A stretch of DNA of 64,000 nucleotides from an uncultured Eubacteriales bacterium (GCA_964390855.1 CAYMJG010000001.1:37726-101725); one strand, 5' to 3'; counted from the stretch's first letter, positions 48,571-57,060 are shown. Numbers and translations are program-made. The notes: a model not told the origin generated them from the letters alone.

Positions 48571-48670
48571 ATTATTGGCGGGCTGAAGCATCGCCCCAGG
48601 GGAATCCCCAGGTCCCCGTCAATCGTTTTTAGCACAATTAATTACATCTAATCTTATCCTGAAAATAAAA

Positions 48671-48720
48671 TTTTCATATCCTGCCGGCGCCGTTTTAATG
48701 GCATGAATGTATGTTAAGCA
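48671..48720 (-). repeat. Conserved ~45-nt element, copy B (partner at 14631-14680)
   Basis: See copy A and the findings. Confidence 0.6.
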
Positions 48721-48753
48721 GTTTTAATCCTATAAATCCGGCTAAATTGTTTT

Positions 48754-49752
48754 TCAATTCAGGTATGTACTGTACTGATCCGCGTTTACGGCAGGGTGAA
48801 TAGCCATGGATATGCCGCCGGCAATGATTTTGGAGGTATCCAGGATCAGCTGGTCAACCTCCTTGGGGGTAACCATCAGGTTCCCGCCGAAGGGACTTAA
48901 AATATCATTTATTATTCCCTGGGTATAGTCCGGCAAAACACTTTGCTGGACCTTGTCCAACATTGGGTTTGTTTTAAGCTTTTCCAGGAGGTGCTCTATG
49001 GTGATCTGCGCGATTACGGCGGCGTTCACTACGGTGGGCACTCCAATGGCGATGGTCTGCACCCCCATCGTCTCCATGTTTATCCCGGTGCGCTTGTTGC
49101 CTATGCCTGATCCCGGGCTTACGCCGGTGTCTGCAATCTGGACAGTTGTTCCGATCCGGTCAACGCTGCCGGCGGCAAGAGCATCAATGGCAATAATCAG
49201 TTCCGGCTGAATTTTTTCCACCACACCTTTGATTATTTCTGCCGACTCGATGCCTGTTATGCCCAGCACCCCCGGCGCCATAGCGCTCACTGAGCGCATG
49301 CCTCCTTTTAATTCTTGCGGCGCGTACCTGTACAAGTGGCGTGTAACCAGGGTTTGTTCTACTACCTTGGGTCCCAAAGAGTCCGGCGTGGCCTGCCAGT
49401 TACCCAGGCCGACAACAAGTATATTGGCGTTCTCAGGCAGGTTGAAAAGTGATGACAGCTGCTGGGCCAGGATTTCCGCTACTTCCTTTTGGGCGATGCG
49501 GTTATTGTCCCTGATTGCGGGAGCTTCAATCGTAATATACGTACCCACTGGTTTGCCCATCATCTGCGCCGCCCGTTCTTCTACCACCTGGACAATGGTT
49601 ACAGACGCATTTTGATACCTTTGCCGGTTAACAACAGCTCCGGGGATTTCTGTTCCCAATTGTCCTCGTACGATATCATGGGCCTCGATGGCCAGGTCAA
49701 CATTAATATTGTTGCTTCTGTAAAAATCAATATCCAAGGCAATTACCCCCAT
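48754..49752 (-). CDS. gpr: Germination protease (GPR endopeptidase)
   Basis: VVGLGNWQATPDSLGP, APGVLGITGIES, IAIDALAA, DTGVSPGSGIGNKR and VIAIGVPTVV closely follow Bacillus Gpr. Confidence 0.88.
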   Translation of the reverse strand: MGVIALDIDFYRSNNINVDLAIEAHDIVRGQLGTEIPGAVVNRQRYQNASVTIVQVVEERAAQMMGKPVGTYITIEAPAIRDNNRIAQKEVAEILAQQLSSLFNLPENANILVVGLGNWQATPDSLGPKVVEQTLVTRHLYRYAPQELKGGMRSVSAMAPGVLGITGIESAEIIKGVVEKIQPELIIAIDALAAGSVDRIGTTVQIADTGVSPGSGIGNKRTGINMETMGVQTIAIGVPTVVNAAVIAQITIEHLLEKLKTNPMLDKVQQSVLPDYTQGIINDILSPFGGNLMVTPKEVDQLILDTSKIIAGGISMAIHPAVNADQYSTYLN

Positions 49753-49888
49753 TTTGTTTCAACTATATTTAGGTTTTCCTTTTAGATGTTCTCTATACAA
49801 AGAAAAAGATTTATAAATAATATCTATAATATCAAGTAATTCGAGATTTTATGTTATAATATCTGATTAAAGGAAGGGATTTTTCATT

Positions 49889-50461
49889 CTGCGCATTATC
49901 TCCGGTTCTAACAGGAAACGTAAACTTAAAACCCCCGCGGGAATGGGAGTAAGACCGACAGCTGACAGAGTTAAGGAGGCGCTTTTCAATATCCTGGGAG
50001 ACAGGGTATTGGACAGCAATTTTTTAGACCTCTATGCAGGAAGTGGGAGCATCGGTATAGAAGCTTTAAGTCGTGGCGCTGCCAGTGCAGTCTTTGTCGA
50101 GATTAACGAAAGGGTTTTAAAAATAATCAGGGAAAACCTGTATGCAACCGGATTTGCCGGGAATGCCCGGGTGATCCGCGGGGAAGTCACGCAAGTGCTA
50201 TCCCGGCTGGGCAGCGAAGAGGAGCTCTATGATGTAATTTTTATTGATCCGCCGTACCTAAAAAATTATGAAGCAGGCGCATTGGCCGGCATAGCCCGGA
50301 ACAGACTTTTGCGGGCTGCAGGAGTGGTTGTTGTGGAAAGTCATAAAGACTGCTATTTACCCCGGAATATTGAGGAACTAAAAATTGCCCGCCAGGCAAA
50401 ATATGGTGACACCTTGCTTTCGTTTTACAGTTATCAAGCAGGTGCCGGGGAGGGAAAATAG
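49889..50461 (+). CDS. rsmD: 16S rRNA (guanine966-N2)-methyltransferase RsmD, apparently with a non-canonical start (CTG 49889 or ATT 49886)
   Basis: The conserved N-terminus (L)RIISGSNRKRKLKTPAGMGVRPTADRVKEALFNIL lies upstream of the first ATG (49943). An in-frame TAA sits at 49868. RBS AGGAAGGGA at 49871-49879. DPPY motif is present. Confidence 0.8.
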   Translation: MRIISGSNRKRKLKTPAGMGVRPTADRVKEALFNILGDRVLDSNFLDLYAGSGSIGIEALSRGAASAVFVEINERVLKIIRENLYATGFAGNARVIRGEVTQVLSRLGSEEELYDVIFIDPPYLKNYEAGALAGIARNRLLRAAGVVVVESHKDCYLPRNIEELKIARQAKYGDTLLSFYSYQAGAGEGK

Positions 50462-50462
50462 A

Positions 50463-50945
50463 TTGCGTATAGCCATATATCCAGGTAGTTTTGATCCTGT
50501 GACCTTGGGACACCTGGATATCATCGGAAGAGCTTCCTTGTTGTTTTCCAAGTTAATAGTGGCGGTGTCCTGGAACACGACCAAAAAACCGTTGTTCAGT
50601 CCCGAAGAACGGGTTGAAATGTTGAAAGGGATCCTCCAACCTTATCCCAATGTTGAAGTAGATATGTTTAACGGCTTGACAATACATTATGCCATCGAGC
50701 ACAAGGCCAAGGCAATTGTGCGGGGGCTAAGGGTAATTTCAGACTTTGAGAACGAATTCAGGATGGCGCTGACCAATAAGAAACTGGCCTGTCACCTGGA
50801 AACTGTCTTTTTAATGACCAAGGCTGAATATTCCTTCATAAATTCTACAACAGTTAAGGAAATAGCCTTTTTTGGCGGTTCAGTCAGCGGCCTGGTGCCA
50901 CCCGTGGTGGAACAAAAATTGAAAGAAAGAATGAAAGATCAATAA
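50463..50945 (+). CDS. coaD: Phosphopantetheine adenylyltransferase
   Basis: (M)RIAIYPGSFDPVTLGHLDII. TTG 50463 follows GGGGAGGGA; the ORF-track start 50385 overlaps rsmD. Confidence 0.9.
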   Translation: MRIAIYPGSFDPVTLGHLDIIGRASLLFSKLIVAVSWNTTKKPLFSPEERVEMLKGILQPYPNVEVDMFNGLTIHYAIEHKAKAIVRGLRVISDFENEFRMALTNKKLACHLETVFLMTKAEYSFINSTTVKEIAFFGGSVSGLVPPVVEQKLKERMKDQ

Positions 50946-50947
50946 AT

Positions 50948-51415
50948 TTGGGGGGTATATGTAATAAAGTGGATCTGCTGAATTCCCTAAACGAATTGGA
51001 AGAATTAATTGAGAATAGCGGTAAAATACCCTTTACCAGAAAGGTAATGGTGGAAGAGGACCGCTTGCTTGATCTTTTGGACCGCATCAGGACAACCATG
51101 CCTGAAGAAGTCCGCCAGGCAAATTGGATTATTCAAGAGCGGGAAAAAGTCCTGCAGGACTCCCAAAAGGAAGCCATGCGCATAATGGATGACGCCCAGA
51201 AGCAGGTAGAAATAAGGGCAGACGATAGTGAAGTAGTGCGCCAGGCAAAAACCAACGCTGAAGAAATTCTGGCTAAAGCAGAGTCAATTGCCATGGAGAT
51301 CCGCGAAGGGGCTAAAGGCTACGCAGACGACATTCTGGCAAACCTGCAGGAAAGCCTGGGCAAGGTTTTAGGCCAGATCGAACAGGGCCGCTCTGAACTA
51401 AAATTAATGAAATAG
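50948..51415 (+). CDS. Hypothetical coiled-coil protein (ATPase b/G-subunit-like charge pattern)
   Basis: Long E/K/Q/A-rich helical sequence with no catalytic motif. The start is uncertain. Confidence 0.5.
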   Translation: MGGICNKVDLLNSLNELEELIENSGKIPFTRKVMVEEDRLLDLLDRIRTTMPEEVRQANWIIQEREKVLQDSQKEAMRIMDDAQKQVEIRADDSEVVRQAKTNAEEILAKAESIAMEIREGAKGYADDILANLQESLGKVLGQIEQGRSELKLMK

Positions 51416-51419
51416 TGCT

Positions 51420-52481
51420 TTACTGTAAAGCGTTTAATATGTTTTGCCATTCTACATATTTTTCTATGTTGTCAACTGCTGTTTTGATCGCCTTCCCGTC
51501 GCCGGCCGTTATTTTTCTGCTTACAGCAGACATTTTTTCTAACGTTGTGTAGGTATCGTAATGTACTAAAATCAGCGGTACGCCCTTTTCTTCAGCCCGG
51601 GCGATTACCTTTACGTCCGGGTATAGCCCGCCGGTTAGGATTATCGCTGATGTATTTGTCTCCAGGGCGGCCAACGCTATCTCAGCACGATCCCCTCCGG
51701 TAATGACACATTTATTGGCCCCACGTCTCAGGTAACCCAGAGCGCTTTCCGCGGTCATTGCGCCAATCACAATATCTTCCACAATCCGCTCCATTTTTTC
51801 TTCCCCAGACAGCGCCTCACCACCCAAAACATCATAATATTCCTTAACTGTGGGGGCTGTGATATCCGGCATGCCGGGGATAAGCCCTAAAATGCCGCAG
51901 CCCATTTCCTGCAGCAGGGGCCTGTATATTCCCTCGGTCTTGGCCAGCAGGGAACGGGGCACGTTGTAAAAAATGTTGCCATAAATAGGGGAGCCTTTGC
52001 AGGACATATAACTATTGATAAAAATAGCCTGATCCAGGCTGTAATCATTATCGATTCTAATAATATATAGCGGGACCGCCTGTAGTTCCAGGGCCAGGCC
52101 AGGGGCGTCCAATCCAAGGCAGCCCATGATATGTGGGAAGCCGGCGCCGCCGATGATCACAAAATCACTGCCGTCGGAGATGCTCTCATAAGCCTGCCGG
52201 ATTCTGTTTAATGAAGCACAGGGGTTGCTGTGGCTGGAAAGGTAGGAAGGACCCGCCATGTAGGGCACAATTGTCTCCAATGGCTGTTCCATCCGCAAAA
52301 TCTCTTTCATCAGCAGGGCGTCTTCGTCCGTGCGCAGGCTAGTCCCGGTGTAGCTGCCCACAGGCTTAAAATAGGCCACCTTGTAGCCTTCCTGGCGGTA
52401 CTTCAGGGCCAGGCCCAGGCCGATACTGGTCTTACCGCTGTTTGGCGTGCCCAGGATATAAATGTTTTTCAAATTATGCAC
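51420..52481 (-). CDS. Stand-alone Pta-N-terminal-like protein (BioD/CobQ-type P-loop domain plus DRTGG domain)
   Basis: IYILGTPNSGKTSIGLGL...YFKPVG P-loop and VITGGDRAEIALAA (DRTGG-type motif). No phosphotransacetylase catalytic domain is present. Confidence 0.7.
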   Translation of the reverse strand: MHNLKNIYILGTPNSGKTSIGLGLALKYRQEGYKVAYFKPVGSYTGTSLRTDEDALLMKEILRMEQPLETIVPYMAGPSYLSSHSNPCASLNRIRQAYESISDGSDFVIIGGAGFPHIMGCLGLDAPGLALELQAVPLYIIRIDNDYSLDQAIFINSYMSCKGSPIYGNIFYNVPRSLLAKTEGIYRPLLQEMGCGILGLIPGMPDITAPTVKEYYDVLGGEALSGEEKMERIVEDIVIGAMTAESALGYLRRGANKCVITGGDRAEIALAALETNTSAIILTGGLYPDVKVIARAEEKGVPLILVHYDTYTTLEKMSAVSRKITAGDGKAIKTAVDNIEKYVEWQNILNALQ

Positions 52482-52482
52482 C

Positions 52483-54585
52483 TCACGATATCGTTATTTT
52501 GACATCCAGCGCGCTGGCGCCCTGGCTATAGGCAAAAACAGGGTTAATATCAATTTCGTTTATCTCCGGGAAATCAGAGGCCAGTCCGGCCAACCGCCCG
52601 ATTATTTTTAGGACAGCATCAATGTCGGCAGGTTTTTCACCCCGGTAGCCCCTGAGCAATGTGTAGGCCTTTGTTTCCATGATCATGTTGTTGATCTCAC
52701 TTTGTGTCAGTCCGTTTGTTAGCCTGAAAGACACATCTTTTAAAAGATTGACATAAATGCCGCCCAGCCCGAAGGCCAATAGCGGGCCAAACTGGATGTC
52801 CCTGGTCATGCCGATGATTATTTCCACACCCCTGGGCATCATTTTCTGTACCTCTACTCCGTATATAGCTACATGGGGCAGATATCTGTGGACGTTGTCC
52901 ATAATTTCTGTAAAACCGCTCCTTACCTTTTCGCTGGTATCCAGCCCGATCTTAACGCCGCCTACATCAGTCTTGTGCAGAATTTTGGGGGAGGCGATTT
53001 TCAGCACGACCGGGTAGCCCAGGCGCTCGGCATGAGCGGCCGCTTGATCCGGGTTTAAGGCCAGGACGGTGGGCGCCGCGGTAATACCGTAAGCCGATAT
53101 TATCTCCGCGGCCTCGCTGCCCAGCAGGACCAGGCGGTTGTCCTTTTTTACATCATAAAGCGTTGCTTTGACAGTTTTTAAATCAATATCATTGAATGAC
53201 TGCGACTCAGTTTTAGCGGGCAGGTTTTTTATCCGTCCGTAGCTTACCATACCGCCGATGCTGTTTATGGCTGGTTCGGGAAAAGTAAAGCATGGTATGT
53301 GCGACTCTGATAATATTTTGGCTCCCTCTTCCAACCTGGCGCCGCCCATCATGGCCGCGAAAATGGGCTTGTCCGGAAACTCTTTTTTTAGACGGGACAT
53401 GGCTCTGGCCGTCTCCACCGGTTCAGTGACGGCTGCCGGGCAGATCAGCACGACCGCGCTGTCCACGCCGGGATCACTCAGCACTGTTTGCAGGGCAAAT
53501 TGGAAACGGTCGGCCTTGGCGTCCCCCAATACATCAACGGGGTTATAGATATTTGATTCAGCCGGCAGATAATTTCTTAGGGATTCTATCGTTTCCTTGG
53601 TAAACCGGGCCATTTTCAATTTTTTTTCTTCGATGTTATCAGTGGCCACAATACCCGGACCGCCGGAGTTGGTGACCACCGCCACCCTGTCCCCCCGCGG
53701 CACGGGCTGGTTGGCGAAGGCGACAGCCAAATCAAAAAGCTCGGGCATGTTCCTAGCCCTGATTACACCGCTTTGCAGGAAGGCGGTTTCATAAGCCAGG
53801 TCACTGCCGGCCAGGGCGCCCGTATGGGAAGAGGCGGCCTGGGCCCCGGCCTGGCTGGTTCCGGATTTTAAAATGATCACGGGTTTCTTCCTGCTTGCCC
53901 GTCTGGCTACATCCAGAAAGTGAGAACCGTTTTCCACATCTTCAATATAACACAGGATCACTTTTGTATGAGGATCCTCAGAAGCGTCCTCAATAAAATC
54001 CGCCTCCGTCAGATCAGCCTTATTGCCCAAACTGATAAATTTGCTGAAACCCAACCCCACCTTATAGCTCCAGTCCAGAATGGAAAGCACCATGGCGCCG
54101 CTTTGGGAGATAAAGGCAATTTCCCCCTGCAGGGGAAATCCAGCTGCAAAGGAGGCGTTAATCGGCGTGTGGGTGTCCATAAATCCTACGCAATTAGGCC
54201 CAAGCATTCTCATATTATATTTGCGGCAGATTGCCAGCAGTTTTCGTTCCAGTTCCAGCCCTTCTTTGCCGGTTTCCTTAAAACCGGCGGTAATCACCAC
54301 GAGGTTCTTTAAGCCTTGTTTACCGCATGTTTCGGCAATTTCCAGGGATTTTACAGCCGGCACTGACAGCACGGCCATTTCCACGGGTTCCGGTATTTGA
54401 TCCACTGCAGGGTAGCACTGCAGTCCTTCTATTTCAGATTCCCTGGGATTGACGGGAAGGATTTTGCCCTTATAACCACAGTTGACCATATTTTTTACAA
54501 TTACGTTGCCAATCTTGCCGGGTGATTTGGATGCGCCGATGATTGCCACTGATTTGGGGCAGAACAGGCCGGTCAAGTCGCTCAA
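52483..54585 (-). CDS. ADP-forming acetyl-CoA synthetase / acetate--CoA ligase family protein (NDP-forming acyl-CoA synthetase)
   Basis: SVAIIGASKSPGKIG CoA-binding N-terminus, GPNCVG, SQSGA and C-terminal ATP-grasp-like PVVLKIASPKILHKTDVGGV. TTG start follows AGGTGA. Confidence 0.8.
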   Translation of the reverse strand: MSDLTGLFCPKSVAIIGASKSPGKIGNVIVKNMVNCGYKGKILPVNPRESEIEGLQCYPAVDQIPEPVEMAVLSVPAVKSLEIAETCGKQGLKNLVVITAGFKETGKEGLELERKLLAICRKYNMRMLGPNCVGFMDTHTPINASFAAGFPLQGEIAFISQSGAMVLSILDWSYKVGLGFSKFISLGNKADLTEADFIEDASEDPHTKVILCYIEDVENGSHFLDVARRASRKKPVIILKSGTSQAGAQAASSHTGALAGSDLAYETAFLQSGVIRARNMPELFDLAVAFANQPVPRGDRVAVVTNSGGPGIVATDNIEEKKLKMARFTKETIESLRNYLPAESNIYNPVDVLGDAKADRFQFALQTVLSDPGVDSAVVLICPAAVTEPVETARAMSRLKKEFPDKPIFAAMMGGARLEEGAKILSESHIPCFTFPEPAINSIGGMVSYGRIKNLPAKTESQSFNDIDLKTVKATLYDVKKDNRLVLLGSEAAEIISAYGITAAPTVLALNPDQAAAHAERLGYPVVLKIASPKILHKTDVGGVKIGLDTSEKVRSGFTEIMDNVHRYLPHVAIYGVEVQKMMPRGVEIIIGMTRDIQFGPLLAFGLGGIYVNLLKDVSFRLTNGLTQSEINNMIMETKAYTLLRGYRGEKPADIDAVLKIIGRLAGLASDFPEINEIDINPVFAYSQGASALDVKITIS

Positions 54586-54871
54586 GTTAATTCACCTGCT
54601 TATCCTTAGTCTTTTATTATGATGAACATAAACAGATAAATATATGAGCGCGTGAAAAACATTTCACCCGGCGAAACCCGGAACGGCGCAGGTTCAATCC
54701 GCCCAAAATCCAAAAGGGGGTGCATAATATATGACAATGAAGGTTTCTCCCGCGTGCCATCGGGTGTGCTTCTTATGCGGGCTGGATTAATCCGGCCAAT
54801 TTGCGGCTAAAGCCGCACCTGCAGGCTTGGTTGCCGGGGGCGCCGGTCGTTATGGGGGCGTGACACGACGC

Positions 54872-56167
54872 TTACCTCTTTCTGGTGGCAAATGGTCTTA
54901 ATGATATGAGCGCATAAGAAAGCAGGACCATGACAATTATCACGGCCAGCAGTATTAGAAAGAGGAGAAAAAGCCTGATATTAAGGGTGATTATGCTAGC
55001 GTTCAAAAAATGCCGGGTAACTGCCATTACAGGTGCGGCCGTTTCGTCCAGACTGCCTGCCCAGCGGCAGGCAATGTATGTGTAAATTCCGGCCAGGCAG
55101 GTGTGACAGATACGTGATAGTACAAAGGGCAGCATCCTCATATCGGTTTCCGCGATCATGCTTGCTGCCTGAGCATGTACGGAAATGCCGCTCCAGGCCA
55201 GGATCATGCCCACAGCGACGACTTGCTGGGTAAGCGCTGCCGGAGCCTCACTGGCCAGTTTGCAGCCGATGGTCATTTCAAAAAAACCACTGCCCAGGGC
55301 AGGTAAAATTTCCGGTGAAAAACCAAGCGGCAAAAGAATAAAACCCAGCGTCCCAGCAATGCCGCTGATGATGCCGGCGGCGCCGAGAAGTTTTATGATC
55401 ACGGCAAAAAGAATGATAAAACCTCCGATATTGAGCAGATTTGCAATAGATTTGCTTACCGCATCACCGATGATCTTGCCCGGTGGGCGCTTTTCCTCTC
55501 TCTGCACCTGGATCATCCGCCGCAGGGCCATAACCGCCGGATTTTTCCTCCTGAAGATTGTCCTTGTTGTTGTACCGCCTTCATTGCGGCAGTAAAAACG
55601 CAGGATGAAGCCCAGGGTAATGTTCGATAGATAGTGGGCGCCGGCAATCAGCACTCCAAGCCCCGGGTTATTAAACATGCCGACTGCTATCGCTGCCAGC
55701 ATAAAAAGGGGGCTGGAGTTGTTCGTAAACGACATCAACCGTTCCGCTTCCACCCTGCTGCATAAGCCTTCCGCGCGAAGTCTGGCCGTGACCATTGAGC
55801 CGATTGGGTAGCCTGATGTAAAACCAACAGCCATGACAAATGATCCCGATCCCGGCACATTAAAGAGCGGGCGCATGACCGGGTCAAGCAACTCACCCAT
55901 AAAATGGACAAAACCAAAGCTCATCAAAAGTTCAGAGGCAATAAAAAAAGGGAGCAGTGATGGAAAAACAATATTCCACCAGGTTTTCAAGCCCAGCACC
56001 GCCCCGTCGAACACAATGCGCGGGTAGGATACCATGCTGACCACGAAAACAAGCGCGGCACCCGTCCAGAAAAGACGGGCGGCATCAGCCCGCCTGCTTT
56101 TGTCCTTTAAAACAATATTTATTGCCAGCAAGGCCATAATAAAAAAAAACATTATCAGTCCGGCCAA
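54872..56167 (-). CDS. ylbJ: Sporulation integral membrane protein YlbJ (nucleoside-recognition/Gate domains)
   Basis: WWNIVFPSLLPFFIASELL motif and a polytopic topology. The ORF-track start 56302 would leave only 3 nt to the divergent gene. TTG 56167 (after AGGTGGA) or ATG 56152/56137 is more plausible. Confidence 0.75.
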   Translation of the reverse strand: MAGLIMFFFIMALLAINIVLKDKSRRADAARLFWTGAALVFVVSMVSYPRIVFDGAVLGLKTWWNIVFPSLLPFFIASELLMSFGFVHFMGELLDPVMRPLFNVPGSGSFVMAVGFTSGYPIGSMVTARLRAEGLCSRVEAERLMSFTNNSSPLFMLAAIAVGMFNNPGLGVLIAGAHYLSNITLGFILRFYCRNEGGTTTRTIFRRKNPAVMALRRMIQVQREEKRPPGKIIGDAVSKSIANLLNIGGFIILFAVIIKLLGAAGIISGIAGTLGFILLPLGFSPEILPALGSGFFEMTIGCKLASEAPAALTQQVVAVGMILAWSGISVHAQAASMIAETDMRMLPFVLSRICHTCLAGIYTYIACRWAGSLDETAAPVMAVTRHFLNASIITLNIRLFLLFLILLAVIIVMVLLSYALISLRPFATRKR

Positions 56168-56305
56168 AACATTTCCACCTATACCATATTTGCCTAGAAA
56201 AAGTATATGCCGTTCAACCTCTGGAATGAATGAAAAAGGAAATTTCTTGACAAAAGCAGGTCTTCTTAATATAATTCTTGTTGTTGAATTCGGGGTGATC
56301 ATTAG

Positions 56306-56812
56306 ATGCGTCTTGATGTCTCAAGACTTAAAAGAAGTCCCGGCGCCACCGCCCGTTATGAGCCGGCAGTAGATTTGCCGCCGCATGAATTTGCCGGCGA
56401 GGAAATTATTTTTGCCGGACCGGTAAAAGCTGACCTGGTGGTTACCAATACAGGTAAGGCCCTGGAAGTGGAAGGCCTTGCCGGTGGAAAACTGGAACTG
56501 TCCTGTGGACGCTGCCTGCAGCATTTTATTTATGATTATCAGGTCCCAATCGTAGAAAAATATGCCCTGCCTTCTCAGGAAAGGGAGGATATTGAGGAGT
56601 CACAGACCTTTACGGGAGATTATATCGATTTGACCCCTTCCGTAGTCAACAGTATTTTTATAGCGCTGCCGATGAAGATAGTCTGCGCTGAAGGTTGTCT
56701 CGGCCTGTGCCCCGTCTGCGGCGCCAACCTGAATGAAAAAAGTTGCAGGTGTGCTATAGAAGACTTTGATCCGCGCCTTGGCGCTTTAAAGGAATTATTG
56801 AAAAAAGATTAA
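56306..56812 (+). CDS. YceD/YlbN (DUF177) family protein
   Basis: C-terminal CxxGCxGLCPVCGANLN...CRC motif, positioned immediately upstream of rpmF. Confidence 0.8.
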   Translation: MRLDVSRLKRSPGATARYEPAVDLPPHEFAGEEIIFAGPVKADLVVTNTGKALEVEGLAGGKLELSCGRCLQHFIYDYQVPIVEKYALPSQEREDIEESQTFTGDYIDLTPSVVNSIFIALPMKIVCAEGCLGLCPVCGANLNEKSCRCAIEDFDPRLGALKELLKKD

Positions 56813-56861
56813 AAAAGTTGCCAATATTAATGTATATGGCTAATTTGGAGGAGGTGTAATA

Positions 56862-57041
56862 ATGGGAGTACCAAAAAGGAAGGCTTCAAAACAAAGGGGC
56901 AGGCAGCGGCGGGCGGCAAACATGAAAATCGAGGCGCCTGAACTGGTTGAATGCCCGCAGTGTCATGTCCTCATCGTCCCTCATCATTTATGCCCTGAAT
57001 GCGGTTATTACAACGGCCGGCAGGTTGTAACCACAGAATAA
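56862..57041 (+). CDS. rpmF: 50S ribosomal protein L32 (59 aa, below the ORF-track cutoff)
   Basis: My translation: MGVPKRKASKQRGRQRRAANMKIEAPELVECPQCHVLIVPHHLCPECGYYNGRQVVTTE. GGAGGAGGTG lies 6 nt upstream. Confidence 0.9.
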   Translation: MGVPKRKASKQRGRQRRAANMKIEAPELVECPQCHVLIVPHHLCPECGYYNGRQVVTTE

Positions 57042-57060
57042 AATATTGAAGTTAATGATT

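Noticed and set aside
48512-48640. A minus-strand frame of about 57 aa starting at a GTG and running through the terminator hairpin in the recG-gpr spacer.
   Set aside because: No RBS, it crosses an 11-bp perfect terminator stem, and its composition is not protein-like.
49770-49798. Sigma-F/G-like promoter for gpr on the minus strand (GTATA, 14 nt, GGAAAACCTA).
   Set aside because: It has one mismatch to the -10 consensus and non-standard spacing, and it would leave only a ~10-nt leader with no Shine-Dalgarno. It is plausible but not supportable from the sequence alone.
54586-54871. The idea that the GC-rich spacer upstream of acd is a known riboswitch, or a 6S, SRP or RNase P RNA.
   Set aside because: None of the diagnostic consensus strings I know (for example GAGGAAAGUCC for RNase P, or the SRP domain IV motif) is present. 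It is kept only as an unexplained structured spacer in the findings.
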